Shown: positions 17,197 to 25,657, counted from the first letter of the stretch. The stretch is 47,576 nucleotides of DNA from Minisyncoccia bacterium (GCA_042218115.1 JBDGRJ010000040.1:1-47576); one strand, 5' to 3'. Made by a program: numbers and translations. Notes: generated by a model not told the origin, from the letters alone.

Positions 17197-18251
17197 ATAC
17201 TATTATTTTTGCCGGAGGGACAGGACGTAGACTTTGGCCTTTGAGCAGACAAAGCTCACCAAAGCAATTTCAGGTATTCAAGGGCGAAAAGTCCACCTTG
17301 CAAATGGCGGTCGATCGGGTGGAAGATTTTGGGCTGGGAGATGTATATATTTCTACTAATGAAAATTTTACTGGACAGATAAAAGAACAAGTTCCAGAGT
17401 TGCCACAAGAGAATATTTTAGCAGAGCCTGCCAAGAGAGATTTGGCAGCGGCGGTCGGGTTGTCGCTACTGCGGTTAAAACGCAGGGGAGAAGAAGGTAT
17501 CGTGGCGGTATTGTGGGCAGATCATTTTATGAAGAAGCCTGATAACTTCAAACAAGCACTGGAGCACGCCGAGAAGCTGATTGATCAAGACTCGGAAAGG
17601 TTTGTGTTTTTAGCTGAGACTCCCGGCTTCGCTAATGAAAATTTGGGTTGGATCCGCTTGGGCGAGAACATTAAAGATAATGAATACAAGTTTAGAGGGT
17701 GGGAGTACAAGCCGAACAAACCACTGTGCCAGCGTATGTATGAAAGCGGGGAGTGGATGTGGAACCCGGGCTATTTTGTTTTTGATCTAGATTATTGCTT
17801 AGATCTGTATCAACAACATCAGCCCGAGATGTATGAAAAATTACAAGATATGATAGGAGACGAGCAAAAGCTGCAACGAGAATATGAGCAGCTAAAACAA
17901 GACTCTTTTGATAGTGCGATAGTGGAGAAGATAGACAATGACCAGGCTGTAGTATTAAAGGTGGATTTGGGCTGGAGAGATCCGGGCACATTATATGCAT
18001 TAAAAGAGGCGCTTACTGAGAGAAAAGAGGATAATCTCAAGCGAGGCGAGGGAGAAGTGGTAGTTAAACATACTAAAGACAGCTTGGTTTACAATGAAGA
18101 GGAAGACAAGCTCGCCGCTACTCTCGGTCTGGAAGGTACGGTGGTAGTGAATACAGAAGATGTTTTATTTGTTTGCTCAAAAGAAAAAATAAAAAAAATA
18201 AAACCTCTACTTAAAGAACTAGATCAGGAGGGTTTGAGTGACTATCTTTAA
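17193..18251 (+). CDS. Sugar-1-phosphate nucleotidyltransferase (mannose-1-phosphate guanylyltransferase-like)
   Basis: N-terminal IIFAGGTGRRLWPLSRQSSPKQF motif. ATGA start/stop overlap with the PAP2 gene. Confidence 0.75.
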   Translation: MNTIIFAGGTGRRLWPLSRQSSPKQFQVFKGEKSTLQMAVDRVEDFGLGDVYISTNENFTGQIKEQVPELPQENILAEPAKRDLAAAVGLSLLRLKRRGEEGIVAVLWADHFMKKPDNFKQALEHAEKLIDQDSERFVFLAETPGFANENLGWIRLGENIKDNEYKFRGWEYKPNKPLCQRMYESGEWMWNPGYFVFDLDYCLDLYQQHQPEMYEKLQDMIGDEQKLQREYEQLKQDSFDSAIVEKIDNDQAVVLKVDLGWRDPGTLYALKEALTERKEDNLKRGEGEVVVKHTKDSLVYNEEEDKLAATLGLEGTVVVNTEDVLFVCSKEKIKKIKPLLKELDQEGLSDYL

Positions 18252-18253
18252 GC

Positions 18254-19300
18254 TTGAGTTATATGGATTTTGTTAAAACTATAGTTTCAATTTTCGTTTT
18301 TATCTCAGTGTTAGGTGGTTGGTTCATCTATTCTGAGATTTATTCAGCTCAGGCTCAGTATGAGCAGGCAGTTACTTTTGAGATTCAAGAGGATGAGAGC
18401 ATAAAAGAAATATCTAAAAAGCTAGAAAAAAAGGGGGTAATAAGAAGTCGCTGGTTGTTTGAGAAATATCTGACTTTTAGAGGGTTGGATACTAAAGTCC
18501 GGCCTGGAAACTTTAAGGTCCAGCCTCCGATCACTTTGGCTAGAGTGGCTGAAGCCCTAAAGAGGCCGGAGAATAATCAGATGAAGATTACTATTATACC
18601 CGGCTGGGATTTACACAAGCTTGCGGATTATTTTGAGAGTAAGAATATTATTCGTTCTCAAGACCAGCTCTATAAAATTACCGGAAAACCAGCACAAAAA
18701 ACAGATAATACTTATGTGGATATTTTTGACAAACCTCCGACATTACTAAAAAGCAAGCCACGCGGTGTAAATTTGGAAGGGTATCTCCGACCTGATACAT
18801 ATAAAATATATAAGGACAGCTCCATAGAAGAGATCATAAAAAAACTGATCCGAGCCCGATCTGAGCAATTCACCGATGATATGTATTCTCAGGTTAAGCA
18901 GAAAGGTAGGACTATCCATGAAGTGCTTACTGTGGCCAGTATGCTAGAGCGGGAGGTGCAGACAAAAACAGACAAAAAGAAGGTAGCGGATATCTTGTGG
19001 CGGAGATTAGAAGCGGGCTGGCAGCTGCAGATGGACTCGACAGTACACTATATTCACGGTGAAGCTGATACAAAATTTACTACGGACAAGCAAAGAAGCT
19101 CCTCTAATCCCTATAACACGTATGAATACACTGGTTTACCGCCTGGGCCGATTTCAATCCCAAGCTTGGAGTCAATTCAGGCAGCTATCGAGCCTACGGA
19201 GAACGATTATTGGTATTTCTTAACTGATTCTGAGAATAGGGTTCATTATGCTAAAAATCTGCGTCAGCATAATATAAATGTGGAGAGGTACATTAAATAA
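18254..19300 (+). CDS. mltG: Endolytic murein transglycosylase MltG (YceG family)
   Basis: N-terminal TM, LEGYLRPDTYKI, ASMLEREV and NPYNTYEYTGLPPGPISIPSLESIQAAIEP motifs. The listed start is TTG; the ATG at 18263 is an alternative. Confidence 0.85.
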   Translation: MSYMDFVKTIVSIFVFISVLGGWFIYSEIYSAQAQYEQAVTFEIQEDESIKEISKKLEKKGVIRSRWLFEKYLTFRGLDTKVRPGNFKVQPPITLARVAEALKRPENNQMKITIIPGWDLHKLADYFESKNIIRSQDQLYKITGKPAQKTDNTYVDIFDKPPTLLKSKPRGVNLEGYLRPDTYKIYKDSSIEEIIKKLIRARSEQFTDDMYSQVKQKGRTIHEVLTVASMLEREVQTKTDKKKVADILWRRLEAGWQLQMDSTVHYIHGEADTKFTTDKQRSSSNPYNTYEYTGLPPGPISIPSLESIQAAIEPTENDYWYFLTDSENRVHYAKNLRQHNINVERYIK

Positions 19301-19307
19301 ATTTTTG

Positions 19308-20132
19308 ATGAGACAAGAATATAACAAAACAAATATTGTCCTAATTTTGATAACTTCTTTTTTTGTTTTAGCTACTGCTGCCGCTTGGTATTTATTGGAA
19401 ACTACACACAAAAAAGAAAAAAATACGCATTCAATCAAACCGACTACTCATGAAATGGCTAGCACCTCTAGTCTGCAAAATGGCGGCGATCGTAAAGCTG
19501 CTACCAGCACTAAGCAGAATGAAAAAGGGGGCCAGAAAACAGATTTAGATAAAACTAGCACAAAAAAGAGCTTGCCTAAAGAATATAACTTGGCTGTCCC
19601 TTTTACTCCACAAGCTCCGACTGCAGACTGGGGTCAACCCTGGCAGGATGCTTGTGAGGAGGCGGGTGTATTGATGCTAGATGCATATTATAAAAACTAT
19701 GACTTAAGTCCTATTTTTGCTGAAGATGAGATTAAAAAAATGGTGAGCTGGGAAGAAAATGAGAAGGGGTGGGGCGACAGCATAGAGATTGGAAAAATCG
19801 CTGATTTAGCTGAATATTATACCGGAAGGAAGGCTAGGATTATTAAAAACCCAACTGTAAACCAGATTAAGCGGCAAATAGCTTCGGGCAGTCCAGTACT
19901 GGTGGTAGCTTATGGCAAAGACATTCCGAACCCCTACTATAGCGGTGACGGACCGCTTTATCATGTATTAATAATAAAAGGATACAACCAGACCGAGTTT
20001 ATCACGAATGATCCTGGTACTAAAAGAGGTGAGAATTTCAAGTATAAGTATCAAGATTTAATGAGCGTAATCCACGATTGGAACGATGGAGATGTAAAAC
20101 AGGGGGAAAGTAGGGTTTTGGTACTAGATTGA
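19308..20132 (+). CDS. Peptidase C39-like (YvpB-type) secreted or membrane-anchored protein
   Basis: TM after the start, then VPFTPQAPTADWGQPWQDACEEAGVLM, as I recall for the C39_2 family. I prefer the ATG at 19308 because it is downstream of the mltG stop. Confidence 0.6.
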   Translation: MRQEYNKTNIVLILITSFFVLATAAAWYLLETTHKKEKNTHSIKPTTHEMASTSSLQNGGDRKAATSTKQNEKGGQKTDLDKTSTKKSLPKEYNLAVPFTPQAPTADWGQPWQDACEEAGVLMLDAYYKNYDLSPIFAEDEIKKMVSWEENEKGWGDSIEIGKIADLAEYYTGRKARIIKNPTVNQIKRQIASGSPVLVVAYGKDIPNPYYSGDGPLYHVLIIKGYNQTEFITNDPGTKRGENFKYKYQDLMSVIHDWNDGDVKQGESRVLVLD

Positions 20133-20133
20133 T

Positions 20134-20161
20134 TTGGTTTCAATTATTATTTTGTTATAAT
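20134..20161 (+). promoter_or_regulatory. Candidate sigma70 promoter (TTGGTT-16 nt-TATAAT)
   Basis: Hexamers counted by hand upstream of the 20190 ORF. Confidence 0.3.
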
Positions 20162-20189
20162 TAAAACAGTTAATAATTAATAAACCAAG

Positions 20190-22088
20190 ATGCAGACACA
20201 GGATTTTCTATCTAAAAGTACTATTAAAGCTTACTTGCTCTCAACGGCATTGCTTGCACTTCTTGCATTTTCACTTACAGCTGCTCCCACCCAAGCTAAA
20301 CAAGTTGAGAAAACAATAAAGGTTCCCTCTAAAGCAAATATCTGGCTAGCAGGTCGAGATAAGGTACCTGAAATGCCTAAGGGCGGAGGGGAGATACCTC
20401 CTCATATTGATGTAGAAAATACGGAACAAGTAACTATCTCTTCTATCAGCGGTACTGTTAACTTCGGTAATGGAAAGACTAAAGAACCGGATGGAGCTAG
20501 CTGGTCTAATTATACTGCGCCTAATTACAAAGGTATAGCAGGGTTTAAAGCCGATATGAATCTACCATTGGTGGGTGTATTTATCAGTGACAAAACACCA
20601 CAAAAGCCAGCGCCTTCTAGGTTGAATTTTGTCGATAATATAAACTTTAAGAGTCTATCCCCTAAAAAGAAGCAGATCTTCTTTGTCGGTGACGGAAAAA
20701 CAGAAGACGGAACAGTGCAAAAGTTTAATGTACCCGAGGGAGCAACGAGAATGTACCTGGGGGTAGCTGATTTTTGGAAAGGCGAGGTAGGTTATTATGG
20801 ATCTAATACCGGCGCATATACTGTAAATCTAAATGAAGAAGAAAAACAACAAGAGACACAAAAACCAGACCAAAAAACAGAGCAACCTACGACTCAGCAA
20901 GCAACAGAAATACCGGAAGACTACGAGCTTCTTGATGATTACAGAAGATATGAGCAGATAAACTGGTCCAATGTTCCAAAAGGAAATGTTTATGAAGACT
21001 TTTCTGGCAATAGAGACTTTCCTCCCGGCACATTGCTTAAGTTTGAGGGGGCAAGTTCAGTTTACATAGTAAATGACAGAGGAAGAATAGTACCTTTCCC
21101 TAGAAGCGAGGTCTTCCATACTTACTTCCCGGACTTTTCTAGGGTTAATGAACTACCGGCGAACTCAGGTAAGTACTTCCGAAGAGGGGAGAAGCAGCCT
21201 TTGGCGGTAAATTATCGCCCAGGAAGTTATCTAGTAACACACAGCCTTACTAATAAGGTCTATGTAGTAGCAGCTGGTGGTGTATTAAGAGAGGTGCCCA
21301 ACCCCCAGGCAGCTCAAGCTTTATATGGAGATGATTGGCTCAGTCATGTTCGAGATGTGAGCCGAGTCTACTGGAGAAACTATCAGAAAGGACCTAAGCT
21401 GGACGGGGCTGAGTTGTTCGAAGGAGTAGTAGTTACTACACCTTCTGATCCAAGCTTTTATTACATGGAAGATGGTAGGCTAAAAAAGATTACGGGAAAC
21501 ATACCAGAAAATATCTCTGATCAGTCATTAACTATCTCAGACAGTCTCTTCAATAGATACCCCAAATCAGATCAAACAATAAGTGCTTGGAGAATCCTGG
21601 GTAGAATATTTGGTAATGTAGAAGAGAATTCTTCCGACAACACAATCAACCTGAATGAGCAAGAACAAACAAGCCAAAATAATGACAACACAGATTCTAA
21701 CGGTAATGCAAATCTAACCGCTTGCAGTGAACCGACAACCTGTCCTGCTCCAAACAACTCTAAGCCCCCTCAAATCACTTGCTTTAAGCCGAAAGAGGTA
21801 TCCTACACAAAGGATGAAGCTACATTTGATTTATACGGTAAGTACCTGAAAAATGAGAATAAACCACCTAGCCATGTATCCTGGCGCTATGAAGCTTCGG
21901 ACTTTGCTGCTTGGATTGTAGATGAGGTGCAGACTAAGTCCAATTGTAGCGCAACTGTGACTTTGCCAATCGGAGATAAGGCCAACAGAGCCGGACAAAA
22001 GTTCGAGTTCTCCTATGTGAGAGAAGAAGCACAGAACGAGGACGGCGAAGGCTTGCATAGTAGTTGGCAGGTATTTAGCACAAAGTAA
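20190..22088 (+). CDS. Secreted protein with a signal peptide, an N-terminal beta-sandwich (lectin-like) region and VY-x-I...G repeat modules, hypothetical
   Basis: Signal peptide LLSTALLALLAFSLTAAPTQA. The central repeats resemble the C-terminal region of the 2138-aa protein. No family assigned. Confidence 0.7.
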   Translation: MQTQDFLSKSTIKAYLLSTALLALLAFSLTAAPTQAKQVEKTIKVPSKANIWLAGRDKVPEMPKGGGEIPPHIDVENTEQVTISSISGTVNFGNGKTKEPDGASWSNYTAPNYKGIAGFKADMNLPLVGVFISDKTPQKPAPSRLNFVDNINFKSLSPKKKQIFFVGDGKTEDGTVQKFNVPEGATRMYLGVADFWKGEVGYYGSNTGAYTVNLNEEEKQQETQKPDQKTEQPTTQQATEIPEDYELLDDYRRYEQINWSNVPKGNVYEDFSGNRDFPPGTLLKFEGASSVYIVNDRGRIVPFPRSEVFHTYFPDFSRVNELPANSGKYFRRGEKQPLAVNYRPGSYLVTHSLTNKVYVVAAGGVLREVPNPQAAQALYGDDWLSHVRDVSRVYWRNYQKGPKLDGAELFEGVVVTTPSDPSFYYMEDGRLKKITGNIPENISDQSLTISDSLFNRYPKSDQTISAWRILGRIFGNVEENSSDNTINLNEQEQTSQNNDNTDSNGNANLTACSEPTTCPAPNNSKPPQITCFKPKEVSYTKDEATFDLYGKYLKNENKPPSHVSWRYEASDFAAWIVDEVQTKSNCSATVTLPIGDKANRAGQKFEFSYVREEAQNEDGEGLHSSWQVFSTK

Positions 22089-22110
22089 TATTCAAGGTTT
22101 TTCAAAATAG

Positions 22111-22138
22111 AGCCCCGCGAATAAGCGGGGCTTTTTTT
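22111..22138 (+). terminator. Rho-independent terminator
   Basis: AGCCCCGC-GAATAA-GCGGGGCT followed by a run of 7 T. Confidence 0.8.
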
Positions 22139-22224
22139 ATTATGTTTTTGCTGATATAATTTAGCAGCAATAATAGAATATCATCGATTACAAACAACAC
22201 TTAAACGAACAACAATATAAGGTA

Positions 22225-24180
22225 GTGACTGAGGGTGATGGTAGATGTTTAGTTCTAGCTGGCGCCGGCTCAGGCAAGACCAGAACTGTGACTTACCGAA
22301 CTGCTTATCTACTGGATCAAGGGGTAAAACCATCCGAGATTCTATTGGTAACTTTTACGAACAAGGCGGCAGATGAGATGGTAGAGAGAGTACGCCAACT
22401 TACTGATCTAAGACGGGATTTACCTTGGGCTGGTACTTTCCATTCTATTGCATATAAAATTCTGCGTGAATACGGGAATAAACTCGGTTATGAGGATAAT
22501 TTTACGGTTTTAGATAGTAGTGATTCGGAAAAGCTAATAAAGCGAGTTTTGGATCAACTTAATATAGATCAAGGCAAGGATAGCTTTCCAAAAGCGAGCA
22601 CTATCCAATCCATTATTAGTTTTGCCCGCAACTCAAAGGATACTATTGAGAATGTTATGGATCTAAAGTATCAGAAATACCTTGATCATGTAGATACTAT
22701 CGAACATTTAGCAGAAGAATATTCTCAGAGAAAGCAAAAAGCTAATGCTATGGATTTTGATGATTTGCTTGTAAATTTATCGCGCTTATTAAAGAACAAT
22801 GAGGACCTAAAGAAAAAATTTTCCAAACAGTTTAAGTATGTTTTAGCTGACGAATACCAGGACACAAATCAGCTTCAAGATGAGATTTTGAAACTGTTTT
22901 CCGAACATCATGGAAATCTGTTGGTGGTGGGTGATGATGCGCAGAGTATTTATTCTTTTCGTGCTGCTGATATAAGTAATATACTGGAGTTTGAGGATGA
23001 GTTTGAAAATACAAAAATATTTAAATTAGAAACCAATTACCGTTCCACGCCCAAGATATTGGAGCTGGCAAATGAAACCATTAAGAATAACACAAACCAG
23101 CACGAAAAAGAACTAACAAGTACAAAGGAGACTACCTCCGAACCAAAGATTGAAGAACTGTCCAATCGTCGTAGAGAGGCGGAGTATATAGCTGATGAGA
23201 TGGAGAGACTTGAATCAAACGGGGTAGGATATAGTGAGATGGCATCACTGTTTCGAGCTTCACATCACTCACAGGCTTTGGAGATGGAGCTGAATCAGCG
23301 CGGCATCCCCTATGAGTTTAGAGGGGGAATGAGATTTTTTGAACGAGCCCACATCAAAGATACTCTTGCCTATTTGCGAGCTCTTGTTAACCCAAAAGAC
23401 ACTACAGCTTGGGACCGAGTTCTGACTCAACATACCGGCATAGGTCCCAAGACATCTGCTAAGATCATTAACAGAATTCAAAGCTTAGACACTCTTAGTA
23501 AGCTTGAGGATGTAAAATCAGGGCTGAACTCTAGAGCACAGGAAGGGTGGAATAGCTTTTTTTCTATCTGGAGTGAGATCGCAGCTGACAAAGAGGAGGG
23601 TCCGGCTGAGTTGATTAAAGCCCTCAAAGATTCTCGCTATAAAAATATACTCAAACAGGAGTATGAAAATCACAAAGAGAGACTTAAAGACATAAAGCAG
23701 CTTGCTTCGACCGCCTTTTCTATTGTAGACTCGGATGACTCTCCACAAGAACAACTACAACAATTTTTAGCTGAGGCTTCACTACAGCAGAAGTATGAAG
23801 CGGATGAGTCTGAGGATAAGGCTGTATTGTCTACAATACACCAGGCCAAAGGTTTGGAGTGGAGCTCGGTGTTTATTATGAATTTAGCCAAAAGACAGTT
23901 CCCCAACGAGCGTGCTCTAGATAAGCCCAGCGGACTCGAAGAAGAGAGAAGGCTATTCTATGTAGCGCTCACCAGAGCTAAAGAGCATCTGTATCTTACT
24001 TATCCACTTAGCTCAGTAACTTCAAATAGAAAATTTCAAAAGCCAAGTCAGTTTATCAAAGAGGTAGAACATTTAATTGAAGACGAGCAAGCAGAACAAA
24101 TAGAAGCTAATGGTGGGTATACTTATGAACTAGAAGAAGATTCTAACGGTGGTTTCTTAAGTGATATAGATGAACTTTAA
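22225..24180 (+). CDS. UvrD/PcrA/Rep-family ATP-dependent DNA helicase
   Basis: Motifs LVLAGAGSGKT, VLADEYQDTN, TNYRS, STIHQAKGLEW and YVALTRAK. The conserved N-terminal LNxxQ motif (LNEQQYKVV) lies upstream of the listed GTG in the same open frame, which starts at 22177. The true start is therefore probably upstream and non-canonical. Confidence 0.85.
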   Translation: MTEGDGRCLVLAGAGSGKTRTVTYRTAYLLDQGVKPSEILLVTFTNKAADEMVERVRQLTDLRRDLPWAGTFHSIAYKILREYGNKLGYEDNFTVLDSSDSEKLIKRVLDQLNIDQGKDSFPKASTIQSIISFARNSKDTIENVMDLKYQKYLDHVDTIEHLAEEYSQRKQKANAMDFDDLLVNLSRLLKNNEDLKKKFSKQFKYVLADEYQDTNQLQDEILKLFSEHHGNLLVVGDDAQSIYSFRAADISNILEFEDEFENTKIFKLETNYRSTPKILELANETIKNNTNQHEKELTSTKETTSEPKIEELSNRRREAEYIADEMERLESNGVGYSEMASLFRASHHSQALEMELNQRGIPYEFRGGMRFFERAHIKDTLAYLRALVNPKDTTAWDRVLTQHTGIGPKTSAKIINRIQSLDTLSKLEDVKSGLNSRAQEGWNSFFSIWSEIAADKEEGPAELIKALKDSRYKNILKQEYENHKERLKDIKQLASTAFSIVDSDDSPQEQLQQFLAEASLQQKYEADESEDKAVLSTIHQAKGLEWSSVFIMNLAKRQFPNERALDKPSGLEEERRLFYVALTRAKEHLYLTYPLSSVTSNRKFQKPSQFIKEVEHLIEDEQAEQIEANGGYTYELEEDSNGGFLSDIDEL

Positions 24181-24201
24181 ATTTATTTTTCAGTTTAGAT
24201 A

Positions 24202-24230
24202 TTGACTCAAAGAAGAAATTAGACTATAAT
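24202..24230 (+). promoter_or_regulatory. Candidate sigma70 promoter (TTGACT-17 nt-TATAAT) for ndk
   Basis: Hexamers at 24202-24207 and 24225-24230, 28 nt upstream of the ndk ATG. Confidence 0.5.
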
Positions 24231-24258
24231 TACCCTGAATTATTCTTAAACTATCACC

Positions 24259-24747
24259 ATGGAGTTTGAAAATTTTGAAGGCGTGAATGAAAAGACCCTA
24301 GTTCTTATCAAGCCAGATGGGGTTCAACGTGGCTTGGTGGGAGAGGTAATTAAGAGATTAGAAAAGAAGGGCTTGAAGATTGTTGGGCTTAAGTTTATGG
24401 AGCTTGATGAGGAGCTGCTCCGAGATCATTACTCCCATCATGTAGATAAAGATTTTTATGCTGGTCTCGAAGAGTTTATGCAGTCCTCTCCTGTAGTAGC
24501 GCTTTGTGTTGAGGGTCAAAACGCAATCTCCGCGGTTCGTCTAATCACCGGCGACACCCATGGAGGAGAAGCGAATGCGGGCACTATCCGAGGTGACTTG
24601 GCTATGGGTGTGTGCAATGTCGTCCATTGTTCGGACTCAGTAGAAAATGCAAAAGCTGAGATCGATAGGTTTTTCAACAAAGATGAGCTTTACGACTACG
24701 ACAAGACAGAATATCTACATGTATATATGGAGGACGAACGTGAATAA
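24259..24747 (+). CDS. ndk: Nucleoside diphosphate kinase
   Basis: TLVLIKPDGVQRGLVGEVI N-terminus and active-site NVVHCSDS (usually NxxHGSDS). Confidence 0.9.
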   Translation: MEFENFEGVNEKTLVLIKPDGVQRGLVGEVIKRLEKKGLKIVGLKFMELDEELLRDHYSHHVDKDFYAGLEEFMQSSPVVALCVEGQNAISAVRLITGDTHGGEANAGTIRGDLAMGVCNVVHCSDSVENAKAEIDRFFNKDELYDYDKTEYLHVYMEDERE

Positions 24748-24784
24748 TTTGACCCTCTAAGAAAGACGTAGTACAATACATACA

Positions 24785-24966
24785 CCTGTCCTACAGGAGG
24801 AGAAAACCATGTCCGACACCCAATAAATAGGGGGCTTATATCGGCTTGGCCCGGCGGTTCGTCCGTAGGTCAAGTTCTGCGGCCACCCACTATACCATTC
24901 AGGGACATTAGGTTAATCCCCTGAGGGCAGGTATAAAGCGGCTCGCAGATTGCTGCGAGCTGTTTT
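24785..24966 (+). promoter_or_regulatory. Structured GC-rich leader: 5-codon mini-ORF with a strong SD, alternative antiterminator/terminator helices, terminator at 24941-24966
   Basis: AGGAGG (24795-24800) is followed 8 nt later by ATG TCC GAC ACC CAA TAA (24809-24826). The terminator is GCTCGCAG-ATTG-CTGCGAGC plus TGTTTT. Nucleotides 24876-24884 (TCTGCGGCC) can instead pair with 24940-24949, giving 9 bp with one bulge. The class is not identified. Confidence 0.4.
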
Positions 24967-24997
24967 AAATCAAAATCAAAATTAAAAAAGAATAACA

Positions 24998-25441
24998 ATG
25001 AAAAAGCGATCTCATTATCCGTCATTGATGGTTGTTACCAGCAAAGAGGAGGTTAAGTGGTATAAAGTATTTAGAGATAGAGTAGAAAAGCTAGAGGAGA
25101 AGAATACTGAAGAGTGGGATCTATCGGACAAAGAAGGTCATTTTGAAAAAAGAGGTCACGGAGAAGCTTTGGGCACTGCCGGAGTGGATATAGAGAATGC
25201 TGAAGAGAGAAGAATTATTGAAAAACACACGAAAAAAGTAGCTGAGAAAACCAAAGAGCTTTGGGATAGTAATTTTAAACATCTTATGATAGCAGTACCC
25301 GAATATCTTAAAAATGTAGTTGAGAACAGAATAGAAAAAGCTCTAAATAGACAAGAGTATAAGTACATAAAAGGAAACTTTACTCATGCAGATAAAGATA
25401 AGCTATTAGAGCTGGCACAGGATAGCTTGAAGGTGGTATAG
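24998..25441 (+). CDS. Hypothetical protein resembling the host-attachment / bacterial eRF1-like (baeRF) family
   Basis: The 147-aa layout (N-terminal beta region, a central G-rich loop, then ...KKVAEKTKELWDSNFKHLMIAVPEYLKNVVENRIEKAL...KGNFTHADKDKLLE) matches my recollection of the PF10116-type pattern. This is not verified. Confidence 0.45.
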   Translation: MKKRSHYPSLMVVTSKEEVKWYKVFRDRVEKLEEKNTEEWDLSDKEGHFEKRGHGEALGTAGVDIENAEERRIIEKHTKKVAEKTKELWDSNFKHLMIAVPEYLKNVVENRIEKALNRQEYKYIKGNFTHADKDKLLELAQDSLKVV

Positions 25442-25449
25442 AGCAAGAT

Positions 25450-25478
25450 TTGACAGGGTAAGCAAATATAGCTAATAT
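25450..25478 (+). promoter_or_regulatory. Candidate sigma70 promoter (TTGACA-17 nt-TAATAT) of module 1
   Basis: Hexamers at 25450-25455 and 25473-25478. The leader ORF ATG is about 17 nt from the predicted transcription start site. Confidence 0.5.
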
Positions 25479-25501
25479 ATACTTAAGTTCAAATAAATAT
25501 C

Positions 25502-25609
25502 ATGCATAAGAGCTTCCGCTTTGAAAATTCAATGCTCGTGAGTATTGTGCTTATTATTATCCTCGCCAGCCGAGGCGGAGCTCTTCTAGTACCTGAACGA
25601 GCCAGGTAA
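25502..25609 (+). CDS. Leader peptide ORF 1 (35 aa, Ile/Val/Leu-rich)
   Basis: MHKSFRFENSMLVSIVLIIILASRGGALLVPERAR, translated by hand. 9 of 11 consecutive residues (LVSIVLIIILA) are branched-chain. It overlaps attenuator helices 1 and 2. Confidence 0.45.
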   Translation: MHKSFRFENSMLVSIVLIIILASRGGALLVPERAR

Positions 25610-25632
25610 CACGAACCAAAAAACAAAGAAGA

Positions 25633-25657
25633 GCCCGCCGGAGACGGCGGGCTTTTT
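25633..25657 (+). terminator. Rho-independent terminator (attenuator) of module 1
   Basis: GCCCGCCG-GAGA-CGGCGGGC followed by TTTTT. It lies between the promoter/leader and the ATP-grasp gene. Confidence 0.75.

Noticed and set aside
16851-18040. Alternate-frame and antisense ORFs inside the PAP2 and nucleotidyltransferase genes (16851..17132+, 17692..18000-, 17819..18040-)
   Set aside because: They are fully nested in genes with clear family motifs, and their products are Cys/Ser/Phe-rich with no recognisable features.
24785-24966. Assignment of the ndk-downstream RNA to a named class (purine, guanidine-I/ykkC, ZTP, SRP)
   Set aside because: There are only short coincidental matches, for example AACCAUGUC shared with Bacillus SRP RNA, AUGUCCGAC shared with purine riboswitches, and vague ykkC-like GGGA...UCCC. 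None reproduces the full conserved core, so a covariance-model scan is needed.
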